Part shown: in pieces, positions 12,980 through 23,480 of the stretch
Numbering within the stretch: the stretch's first letter is position 1
Layout: each line of letters begins with the position of its first letter
From: Penicillus capitatus
Taxonomy: Eukaryota; Plantae; Chlorophyta
NCBI GenBank assembly: GCA_965649825.1
Contig: OZ287698.1
Coordinates: forward strand, 945,949 to 1,009,948
Direction of reading: 5' to 3'
DNA length: 64,000 nt
The notes under the pieces: model-generated
Seen by the model: only the letters and a program-made list of their open reading frames with translations
Database searches by the model: none
Told to the model about the DNA's origin: nothing
Position numbers and translations under genes: made by a program

Positions 12980-14718
12980 ATGAGATTGCCGAGAACGACA
13001 CGGTGCGTCGCTTTTTGGCACCTCGAGGCAACCGAAGGATCGATGGTACGTTTTTTAGAATGCGACCCCGAATCGATCGCAATCGAAGGACGCTCCGAAA
13101 CAATCGCAATCGAAGGACGCTTCGAATCGATCACAATCGAAAAACACCTCGAAACAATCGCAATCGAAGGAGGGCGCGCTAGAGAAAGGAGAGCAGAATT
13201 CCACACGCAATCGTCGACTCTCTGTCGTTTCGTCAGAAGCAGAGGTCGTACGGTTCAGGATGCACTTAACAAGAGGTGCCGATTGCAGGAGACGGCGCAA
13301 GAGACAGACGTTGAGACGACGACATCATCAAGAACGGATCTTATTCCTGTAGACATCACTCCGCCACTCCATGTTCGGCGAATGTCGCGTTCATCGAACA
13401 ACAAATCAAGAGTACCTTCTGCTTGAGGATGTTCCTGGCGACATTCGGCGATAAACGTGTGCAGATACCCTTCGTTTCCGACGTTAGCTGTCTGTCACAG
13501 ACGGGACAGGAACCCGGATTCAAGAAAACGAATCAAGACAATTGCCTTGCATTCGAGAAATTCTTGCGCCACGGGCAATCCCTCTATGCCGTTTTCGACG
13601 GCCATGGGTCCAACGGCAGGTTCATCGGCATCCCTTTCGCTATTCGAAGCGGTTGAATGGTAGGACACAAGGTGTCTTCGTTTGTGAAGCATCAATTGGC
13701 TCTGACCCTGTCGCAACGACTGACACATCGACTGATAAAAGAATCCACTCAGGCGGATGTCGAACAGACCATGCGCGATGTATTCGTCAGTGTACATGAG
13801 AGTGTCACTATGCAATCGATCAACACCGAATTCAGCGGCACCACAGCAACCGTCGCACTGACCCTCGTACGCTTATCGAAGCATAATCACGGCTGCTCTA
13901 TCCGTCTGATGTCGGTGTCAGGGAATGAAGTTGTATGTCGCATGGGTCGGAGATTCGAGATGTGTGATCGGCATCAAGGGACAGAACGATCGGCTCATCG
14001 CAAAGGATGTCACGCGCGATCACAAACCTGATATCGCGGAAGAGCGTCGGCGCATCGTTGCCAATGGAGGACGCGTAGCACGGTGACCATTCAGCCGCTT
14101 TTCGATATGGGTCGTGATCGCGATCTCAGAATGAAAGACGAGCGCGGCGATGAGTTTGGGCCATATCGCGTGTTTCGCATATTCCCATGGTAAGCTCGTC
14201 GAGTTGAGCTCATCGGGCGCCCCGTAATTGGCTACCTTACTAGGGAACCTGGTTTGGCGATGAGTCGTGCCATTGGCGATCTCTGTGCCCATCAGTGAGT
14301 CCTTCATGCATCATTTCTGCGCCATAGCGTTCTTTATTTATCAATGTCTCAGTCTGTGTGTGCACTAGAGTCGGCGTCAGTTGCGAACCGGAGGTGAGTG
14401 TGACTGAGATCACTCAAGATGTCGCATCTATTATCGTGGCGAGCGACGGCGTCTGGGAATTCGTATCGAGTCAGGAAGCGATTGATATCGTCCACAGTGC
14501 CGAGAACGCGACAACCGCCTGTCGACAAGTAACAATCGCTGTACACGGCGTTTGGCACATGTCTGATGACGTTATAGCTGATCGATGAGGCATACCATCG
14601 ATGGTTGGTGGAAGAGAACGGCGTTGTGGACGATATTACCGCTGTCGTCGTGCGCTTCGATCACGCCGTATCTGATAACGAAGATCTAGAAACGATCACA
14701 AATGATGAAACGTCATAG
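12980..14718 (+). CDS. Protein phosphatase 2C (PPM family); start uncertain
   Basis: Motifs KTNQD, VFDGHGSN^GHKVS, SGTTAT, VGDSR, DHKP, PGLAMSRAIGD, IIVASDGVWEF and VDDITAVVV. About seven introns, one of them GC-AG. Confidence 0.9.
13068..13170. repeat. Imperfect 27-bp tandem repeat, about 4 copies (AATCGCAATCGAAGGACGCTcCGAAAC-like)
   Basis: Seen directly; it translates as xIAIEGRxE repeats. Confidence 0.75.
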
Positions 14719-14732
14719 ACGCGATTGTTAAT

Positions 14733-15762
14733 CTAAAGCGACGGTGCATGCATTTGAGCGATCGGGAGATGATAGACGTCGCCATGCCAGTAACGTCGGC
14801 GGACGTGTTTCCAGATCTCATCGTTGTTCGCATTCAACGGCAACGACACGAACTGCGTCGTCAGACCCAAGATCGACAAATCGTCCTTCACGATCTCACA
14901 GTAGACGCGATGAAAGAAAGCATTGTCGGGAGCCAGTCCATTGAAGAACGAGTAGAGACCATCTGGCTTAAGCAGACGAGGAAGGTGACGGTGGAAGTCC
15001 TGCAGGTCGCTATAGTGTTCTCCGTATGTATCGAAAAACACGGCGTCGAACCCTGAGAGGTCTTCGATGATATCTTGCCATCTTCCGTAGAGTACACGCA
15101 CGCCGGGACATCGATCCCATCCTTCATCGACCATTTTGGCGTGGATCTGAGGGTGTGCTTCGATGATGGTGTGCGATCTTGGCTGTCTTCTTTGGATGGC
15201 AGCATCGACTAAACCCATTCCGAAACCCACATTCAGGACATCCCCATCGCGAACGCAGAGTGCCTCAGCGTGGGCCTCCATCAGTGGCATCTCCCACTGC
15301 ATCATAACGGCATCGCCTTTGGCATCGAGGATGCAGGATGTCCCGAATTCGACGTCTTGTTTAAGAAAGGTATCCTCGGCAGAGGTATCGCGATCTGTCT
15401 GACGTTCTAAGGCATTGAGAATGCGTTCGGCCCGGCATCCGGCTGATAACAATGCCCGGATCACATTCTCGTGTCCAGCAGCTTCGGCGTAGTCGCCCGC
15501 ACAACGTCCATTCTTGTCTAACGCATTCCACGGTACGCCGATGGAGAGTAGCCATTCCACGACACGTAACTGTCCAGCATGGCTCGCAACCTACGAGACG
15601 CGTGGCGTTATCGCGAGAAGACAGATGCGACGACACGATGAGAGTGTTTTGTCCGTCTTCGTTGTACCAAAAGGGATCGGCGCCGTCATCGACCAGACGC
15701 TGAGCGCCTTCCGTATCTCCGACCTCACAACGATGTAGTAGACGTCGATGCAGATCTTCCAT
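14733..15762 (-). CDS. RMT2: Protein arginine N-methyltransferase 2 (Rmt2 type: ankyrin repeats plus SAM-MTase domain)
   Basis: Ankyrin-like N-terminus with GVPWNALD, then VMMQWEMPLM, VLNVGFGMG, IIEAHP, FFDTYGEHY and YSFFNGL. One intron. Confidence 0.9.
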
Positions 15763-15859
15763 TATTCACATTGCAACGGGGAAGGCGATACCAAATGACA
15801 CAAAAGAATCTCAAAAGATTGCCAAAATGTCACACTCTGTATCACACAAGTGCAATTTC

Positions 15860-16241
15860 TCATAACTTAATGGTGCCATCTTCCGCCAGAGATTCCGCTC
15901 TTAGTAGTATGAAACCGACAGCAATGCCCACCATAACGCACGCAGCAGAAATCGCAGCAGCTCCCCAGATCAGCCCCACATCTGCTTCAGCGATCTGTGC
16001 GATCTCCATGAAATTTGTCGACTGCAGCGCCGTCGCCTTCTTCGACGCTGGCCTCGGAGATTTGCTGAGCTGACGGAACTGTGCCGCTGCATCTCTTCTG
16101 TTTAGAAACCCTTTTCACGAAATGATAGGTACAGGTGCTTAACCTGGTCGAGGTCGTTCGTCGGAGCCCCGCGAAAGTACCCAATCCTGCCACAGGCTTA
16201 TGTGAAACAGCAGCGCCAGTTCGTGTGCACATCGAGGTCAT
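15860..16241 (-). CDS. petM: Cytochrome b6f subunit PetM precursor (nucleus-encoded)
   Basis: Ser/Thr/Arg-rich transit peptide, a 46-nt intron, then MEIAQIAEADVGLIWGAAAISAACVMVGIAVGFILLRAESLAEDGTIKL. The GFxLLRxES tail is characteristic of PetM. Confidence 0.8.
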
Positions 16242-16449
16242 GATGAGGACGCTGCGCAGAAATGCAAAACGAGAGAACCAGGACAGTGCAAGCAGAGCGA
16301 ACGAACGTACAAACAACGCAGAAGCAATCGGCCAAAATGCGATCGGATGTCTCATCGACGATCCATTCGCATCGGCGGCGGCTCTCTGACATTCGTCGAA
16401 GGTCGGTGCGTCTGAGGCTCCTTGGTCGTCTCGAGCGTGCTTTATTCGG

Positions 16450-17674
16450 ATGTCGCATCGCAAGTTTGAACATCCGCGTTGCGGTTCTCTCGGTTTTCTG
16501 CCCAAGAAGCGTTGCCGTCGAGGAAAAGGCAAGATCAAAGCTTTCCCCAAAGACGATCCCTCAAAGCCATGTCATCTGACGGGATTCATTGGATACAAGG
16601 CGGGAATGACCCATATTGTCCGCGAAGTCGATCGTGTGGGATCCAAACTGCACAAGAAAGAGACATGTGAAAGTGTGACGCTCATTGAGTGTCCACCCAT
16701 GATCGTAGTCGGCGTCGTGGGTTACATCAAAACGGCTCATGGACTGAAAAGCAAGTATACCACATGGACAAAGCACATCAGCCCCAGTTTTAAGCGGAAG
16801 TACTATCGCAAATGGTATCGATCGAAGAAGAAAGCGTTCACGCATTTTTCTAAGAATATGTACAAAGATGGAGATGGTCTGGTGATCAATGTCTTGGAAA
16901 AAATGAAGGAAGAGTGTGCTATCATCCGCGTCATTGCTCACACTCAGATCGAACGGACCCCTCTAAAACAGAAGAGGGCACATGCAATGGAGATTCAGGT
17001 ATACGTGAGATCAGGTGTCTCATAGTGGAACGCGTGGTGATGCAAAGGTGAATGGAGGAACAGTGGCCGACAAAGTGAAGTTTGCGCACGGTCTGTTCGA
17101 GAAGGAAGTGCCGATCGATGCCATCTTTAATTCTGGAGAAATGATCGATTGCATTTCCGTCAGCAAGGGACGTGGTCGAGAAGGTGTGATCACACGTTGG
17201 GGAGTCACACGTTTGCCACGGAAGACGCATCGTGGTTTGCGTAAAGTGGCTTGTATCGGAGCGTGGCATCCAGCCCGTGTGTCTTGGACCGTAGCAAGGG
17301 CTGGACAGAATGGCTTTCATCACAGAACGCAGATGAACAACAAGATCTTCAAAATCGGAAAGAAAGGGACCGATTCTCACAAAGGAACGACCGAGTTTGA
17401 TGTGACTAAGAAAGAGATCACACCGATGGGCGGCTTTGTGCGCTACGGCATTCTCCGAGAGGATTACATTATGATTAAGGGGGACGTCGTGGGGCCAAAG
17501 AAACGACCGATCACTTTGAGAAAGAGTCTTTTTGCGCAGACCTCCCGCAAAGCGGAGGAGGAGATCAGTCTGAAGTTCATCGATACTTCGTCCAAAATGG
17601 GACACGGTCGTTTCCAGACGAGCGAAGAGAAGCTGAAATTTTTGGGAAAATTCAAAGAGAAGGCGGCTGCTTAA
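16450..17674 (+). CDS. RPL3: 60S ribosomal protein L3 (uL3)
   Basis: [21 protein letters not shown] through [13 protein letters not shown]. One intron at MEIQ^VNGG. Confidence 0.98.
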
Positions 17675-17990
17675 GGCATCACCATGATAACCGAATGTTC
17701 GATGTTATGCGCTTCGGTTTCATCACACGAATCGTTCTCGGATGTTCCGAACCGTCGCGGCGTTGCGCATCGAGACACGTGGGACCCGACAGATGCACTG
17801 TGTGTTTTGTTTCTCGCTATCAGCTGTGCTCTGCGACAAAGCTGTGCATACCCAAGAGACGCCGGATCCATAACGCTCTTCCACTCTCTGTACTTCTGGA
17901 TCTAAGCACTTCTGCGTTGTCGTCGTCATCTCCATCGTTCCTCTTGTTCGGAAGACGTGTCGTCTGTGTCACGATTGTTCTCTCGTGCCG

Positions 17991-19972
17991 ATGCCGGACG
18001 CTGAAAAATCGGTCCGTGAAGACACGGCCCCTGCTGTTCGGCCAAAACCTGAAAGGACGTCGACTGAAATGCGCAAAACACAAGACTATGGATCTGTGCC
18101 TGACTCGGCAAGCATCCCACGAATTGGCGCCTTCTATCCTGGACATGGGTTTTCGACGCCTGTTCCACCCGAAGCGGTTCTCTGCCAACCAGGCAATGGA
18201 CGAGACAATCAGTCTTCTGATCATGAATTCGTTGTGCTCTAGGAATGAATCCTTTCGTTTCTTATGCGCCACACGCTGCGCACAATGCGTTGTATGGACA
18301 GTCGAGTCTAGGGCCATATGGAATGCTCTATCCGGGGCCATCGTATGATGTCTCCATCGCCCTTGCGGCTTTGGCGGTTGGCGAAGCCCGCGCTCTTTTG
18401 CAATCGACACAAGAATTTCGCACCGCGCAGTCCATGGCGTCGATGCCTTCGCCATCGACGGGCGAGAATGTGACAACGACCTCTGCACGCGAACGAGACA
18501 CTGAGACATCGCAATCAGGAACGTGGAAACGACGCCCACCGTTGACGAAATCGCGAAGCGATGTGCCGACATGGCGAAAGGACGGAAAGATACCAATCGC
18601 CAGAACCAGCACCGTACCGCGTTCCGTCGACTCCCTTGCTTTCCTCGATAAATTCAAAACCACCCGTGGACGCGGGTGTACTCTCAAGGCACCTCTTCCA
18701 ACCACCCTCATCCATGTTTCGAAACCGAAAGATCTGTCGCAGGATATCAAGGGCAATGTCGCGCTTGTGGGTTTGGATCAGATGGGAAGTCGTTGGCTTC
18801 AGAGTCAGTTAGACGATACACGTTTGTCCGGTGCCAAGGTGATCGTGGGAGAAGTTCTTGAAAGCACTCTGCTTCTCAGTCGCGATGTCTTCGGCAACTA
18901 CATTGTTCAGAAGACGTTGGAATATGTCGACCAAGAGAACAAGGACGCCATCGGTCGTGCAGTAAAGGGACGTATGCGACGTCTTTCTTTCGATGTAGAC
19001 AAGTCACGCGCTACACTGTTCCTATGAAAAGGGTTTAGGTTTACGGATGTCGTGTAGCCCAGCGTCTCATTGAGCATACAAGCACGACGCTGGCTGTGGA
19101 ATTGGCACGTGAGCTCGGCGACGTCGTGCAGAACTGCGTCGTCGATACCAATGCGAGTCATGTCATTCAGAAGTGCATTCAATTTCTGCCGTCCGATCAG
19201 ATTCGATGTCTCTTCGATCCGCTCGTAGCGAATGTGCGTAGACAATGAGATGTCTCATCCTGATGACTAGGATTCTGTGCTGCAGATAAGGTCCATTGCC
19301 AAAAACGCTTCCGGTTGTCGGATTGTCCAGCGATTGATCGAGTACTGCTCTCTGAAGGACATCCGCGGGAAGGCGTTGAACGAAGTAATCGATGCGTTGA
19401 CCGATTTGGCGACGTCCGAATACGGGAACTACGTCGTTCAGCACGTCGCGCAGCATGGAGGTCCGCAGCATCGTTCCAAGGTATCGCCAATGAATGATGT
19501 GACTGGTGAATGCCGCAGCCCTGTGATCTAGGCGATGCATCGCATCGGCACCAACTTCAGAATCTTCTCGCATCACCGCTACGCTTCCCGCGTCGTCGAA
19601 CGGTTTCTCACGGTTGTCAACGCCAACGAGAAGCGATACATCATTGAGAGCATGTTTATGATCGGCGACGATGGCTTCATCGAGGAATCGTGGGTGCTCG
19701 ACATGATGTTAGATCCATTTGGCAACTACATCGTCCAGAAGATTCTCGAAGTGCGATTGCCCAATCATCATCAACGATTGTCGGCGATTGTTGCATAGGT
19801 TGCAGAAGACGACATTAGAGTGCTGTTAGCCAATGTTATTAAGGCCAACAAGAGAGCTCTGTTGGATAATGGCTACGGTAAGAAGGTCGCCGATTCAGCA
19901 GTCAACATGGGACTGCTCTCTGCATCTGAACTCCGATCGCACGGACCAGCGACTGAAAAGGAAGAAGAATGA
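17991..19972 (+). CDS. Pumilio/PUF RNA-binding protein with 8 repeats
   Basis: Repeat cores GSRWLQ, GNYIVQ, GCRVAQ, ASHVIQ, GCRIVQ, GNYVVQ, ASRVVE and GNYIVQ. The first exon joins through an inferred GC-AG intron at 18193-18242. Confidence 0.9.
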
Positions 19973-20457
19973 TGATAATGCGATCTGAGTCTCTGGCTTC
20001 GGCTGTCGATAAAATGATCAATGCATCATCGACTGTAACATGGTCGTGTGTTGCTCCTAATCGAAACGAACGTCATCTCGTCGAGAACAGCATCATACGA
20101 CGAGTGCATGCATGTGCGTCATCACCCTGAACGTTGAGTTGAGCGTCATCGATGGCTTCGATGACGGACGGGATATCTGCAACCGTCATTCGTGTTATCT
20201 TCGCAATGAGATGAAGAAGCAGTCCAGAGATAAATGTCAGTGAGACGCCGACTCGCGATATCTTCTATCCACCGTTCACCTTGGAATCCGCTGAGTTCTC
20301 GTCATTCAAAAGAAATCAGTGAAAACGACGTCCGCTATCAAAGCAGAACGCATATCGTGTCGCCACGTGAAGTTGCGAAGAAGTAAATTTCCGTACACAG
20401 ATTTGTTTGCACCGTCTCCATACTTTACTCTCTATACTGCAGCGTGGTCAATTTCCC

Positions 20458-21279
20458 ATGACGCTCTTATTCTTGACGTGTTTGTTCTGTCATGCGGCGA
20501 TGCAGGTTTTGAATGATGTTGTTTATTGCCACAGTAATCCTTTGTTGTGCAGGGTTTACAGGTTTCGGCAACAGAGCTTCCTTTTCGTCGCAGTCGTCGC
20601 ATAACTGCCGAAAGTTAGCACATACGACAGCACGCGAATTGAAGTCATCGTCGTTGTAGCATGCATGCATCGCAATGGCACGGATTGGGACGGTCATGAT
20701 ATCCATCCAAACCAACCAATAGAGAACCTCGAATCCGCCGAGGAATGCTGCAGCAGGTGCAAAGAAATTGAGGGTGAGCAAAACACATCGCCCGGAACCC
20801 TTCATCTGATCTCTTTCTTTAATCTCAGAGTGTGTGGCATATGTCTTTGACCTCGACTTTAACTTTTGCTGGCCAAAGAGTGATGTCGGATCACCCATGC
20901 AATGTCCAAGCTGCCAGTCTGAGAACTTTGGCGAACAAGTTAAGTGTCGCAGAAATCGAAGGGCTAAGTCGGGATAGCGGTTTTGTTTATGGCAGGTCCC
21001 TCCAGAGGCATGCAATGCTGAGTATGGGACTGACAGACTTGGCGGTGATTTACCGAATAGCCCACTTGAGGACATTACACAGCCGGGAGATTGCTGCCAA
21101 CAGTGTCAGGAAACGCCTGGTCTCCATACACTCATTACCAGTGTTGGCCATCCTGATTTCTTTCTGTCTCAGATTGTGTCAGCTACGTGTGGCGTCGGGA
21201 CTCCAATCGCTGCTGGTTGAAAAGGAAAAGGCAGATGAGAGAACCGTGTGCGGCATGTGTGTCGGGCGACCTCGATTAA
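20458..21279 (+). CDS. Secreted protein with two PAN/Apple domains
   Basis: Signal peptide, then C..GTDWDGHDI...ECCSRC..CVAYVF...CWPK and a second C..GTDRLGGD...DCCQQC..CVSYVW..CWLK..CAACVSG. Five GT-AG introns restore one ORF. Confidence 0.8.
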
Positions 21280-22143
21280 TCTTCAGATGCCAAAAGAAGT
21301 TGTCCCCATTGTGCGTAACACAAAAAAGTCGAATATCATTAACTTCGATCTCCTTCGGCAAACGATGGATATGAACTCATTTATGGCAATATCGAATAAA
21401 GTTGGTTGCGAGGACTTTGTGCACGGTTTTTGGACAAGAGTTTATGTGGTGAATGAAAGACACCAGTCTGTAATGTATACCATCTGCGTAACTTCTTGAT
21501 ATGCCGTTTAGGGATCTATCATACGAGACTGCTGGTATCTTTGAACTCATCAAAACACACATCCGAGGAGAAAATGGAGAGAGATAGCAAAGCCTCTTAC
21601 CATTGCCTGTTCGATTGCTCTGTCGTGATCGATTTCGATCTGTTCGATTGCTCTGTCGTCAAACGAGCGTTGATCGCATGCGATTAGGCGATTTGCAAAA
21701 ATGCATAAATCCAATCACTACCAATATCTACACGGAGGAATTCAGTTCACAACTTAACTCAAGATGACTGGAAAAGGCAGCTACACAATGCTAGTCCATC
21801 AGATGTGTCGTGCGCGCTGCGCGGTGGGCCGGACGCCGTCGGCGTCGCTGGACGCGCTGCCGTGGCGGGACAAACAAAACCACTTGGCGGACGGCCACCC
21901 CGTGTCCTTGGTTTCGTCGCAGCAGACGCCTCCTATCCAAACACCGCCCACGAATCCGAAAACCGATACGTTATGGTCTCAACGAGCGTTGCCGTGTCGA
22001 ATGGACGACTGAATGAAGTGCCTGGCCGAGGGTTTGTCGTTGTGGCTCTATTGCTATCTATCAACGCATCCCCCAACGTCTGTCCATTAGGCATGCCAAC
22101 TAGAGCGCATGCCTTGGTAAAAAGCGCACCTCTTCTTCGATTT

Positions 22144-22782
22144 TGTCGGCCTTGTCGCTCGGGACTCGATGGCCGGTCGCTTTCAGGGCCTTCGCGGCGG
22201 TGCTCTTCCGCGCCTACTCCGAGGTCTGAGGGTACTGCCTCGGCGATGTCCTCGGACCGATCGTCCTGGACTGAACTGCGCCGGGAGTCGAAGAGACCGG
22301 CGTTGTGGACCACTCGGTCAGCGCCCCGCTGGAAGAGATCTGTCGCGTCGACGCTCCTGCGCTCCGCTTCCCTGAAGTGCTCGAGAGCAGCGAGGAACGG
22401 TGGGTTCCGATAGAATGGCGGGTAAGGGACAGTCGCGCGCGAAATATGTCGTGTCTCGTCGTCGGCCAGAGTGAAGACGCGGACGCAAACACAAACAGAA
22501 ACGAGAACCTTACAAAGAAAGCAAACAAACAGCGTTTCCTCTCCTCTTATCCTGTCTAGGCGACGCGACCCTCTAGGCGACGCGACCCTCTAGGCAGATG
22601 AGTCATCCCTCACCCAGAACCAGAAAAAAAGGAATCCTTCATGGCCCAGGGTCTCATCTGACAAGACTCCGAGTGTCCCTTGAACGCATGAACCGGTCTT
22701 CAGCAAGGCAGTCCCATCATCAAGTCCCTTCCCGTATGCTCATTCATCTACTCCATCTTGCAGCTATGTCATCTCGTCGACA
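22144..22782. mobile_element. Solo-LTR-like insertion (TGTCG...CGACA) with 5-bp target-site duplication
   Basis: Ends are TG..CA with a 5-bp inverted repeat. Flanks are GATTT (22139-43) and GATAT (22783-87). Removing the insertion restores the BBS8 codons GAT ATC GAA GAA GAG. Confidence 0.75.
22555..22595. repeat. 17-bp tandem repeat (TCTAGGCGACGCGACCC, 2.4 copies) inside the solo LTR
   Basis: Seen directly. Confidence 0.9.
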
Positions 22783-23284
22783 GATATCGAGATCGTTAAC
22801 CCACGTCTTCAGCGATAGTGCACGGCATTTGAGAAACCACGCCGCTGTGTCGAGTCGATTCCGTTCGAGTAAGAGGGTGAATGTCTCGATGCAGTCATCG
22901 TAACGCCCGCGTCTCAGTCGATACTGAGCAAGCCATAGGGGATCGATCGCGGACCGAATGTTGTTGTGCATCAAGACCAAATCAAACAACCGTACATCCG
23001 CTTTTACCGCCCTATATCTTCTACTGATCAATTCTGTGTGTCCGACGAAGAGTGTTGTAACGTGTGAAAGATGTTTTTAAACAAACAGGCGTTTCTTTCG
23101 CAAAAAGATATCGAGTTTTTCAGAACCCCCTTTTTATACGCTTTCACAGCATGACGTTATGATCGCGTCATGCTTCTTGTCATGATGTCATCTTCTTCTT
23201 CAGTCTTTCTTCCTTCTTCAGTTTCTTGATAGTGACAGTGTGAAATCTCGTTCTTTTTCGAAAAGACAGATGTAATGGGCGCAG

Positions 23285-23480
23285 CAATGTTTGAAGAGAC
23301 GGATGCGGCGAAGACACGCACCACTCCGTACTTGTTGCTACAGTCCATGCATCGGAATCGCGAATGCTGCCCTTCGGGCTGCACAATTGCGGTCACTCCT
23401 GCTTGGCACGCTTTCTCCGCGGCATCGCTCCAAGAGAAAGGAAAGAATGCATCGCTTGCTAACACAGCCCCCTGGTCACC
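23285..23480 (-). pseudogene. purH: Frameshifted C-terminal fragment of AICAR transformylase/IMP cyclohydrolase
   Basis: Reads GAVLASDAFFPFSWSDAAEKACQAGVTAIVQP, shifts frame to GSIRDSD, shifts again to DCSNKYGV, then IRLFKH. This matches the PurH C-terminus (ASDAFFPF...GGSIRD...RHFRH). No upstream PurH sequence is present. Confidence 0.85.

Larger units (their letters stand above)
21759..22947 (-). pseudogene. BBS8: Truncated BBS8/TTC8 5' fragment, interrupted by a 639-bp insertion
   Basis: Upstream part reads (I)DPLWLAQYRLRRGRYDDCI...AWFLKCRALSLKTWVNDLDI. After removing the insertion it continues EEE^TLGDALIDSN...PRPGTSFSRP^...GGRPPSGFVCPAT, matching the BBS8 N-terminus. The start codon reads ATC and no TPR region follows. 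Confidence 0.8.

Noticed and set aside
16450-17674. Alternative genetic code (TAR=Gln, as in some ulvophytes)
   Set aside because: Conserved genes end in TAA or TAG, and no conserved exon contains an in-frame TAR.
22555-22595. Helitron 3' end (CTAG repeats)
   Set aside because: There is no subterminal hairpin or A|T insertion site, and the repeats lie inside the TG..CA element.
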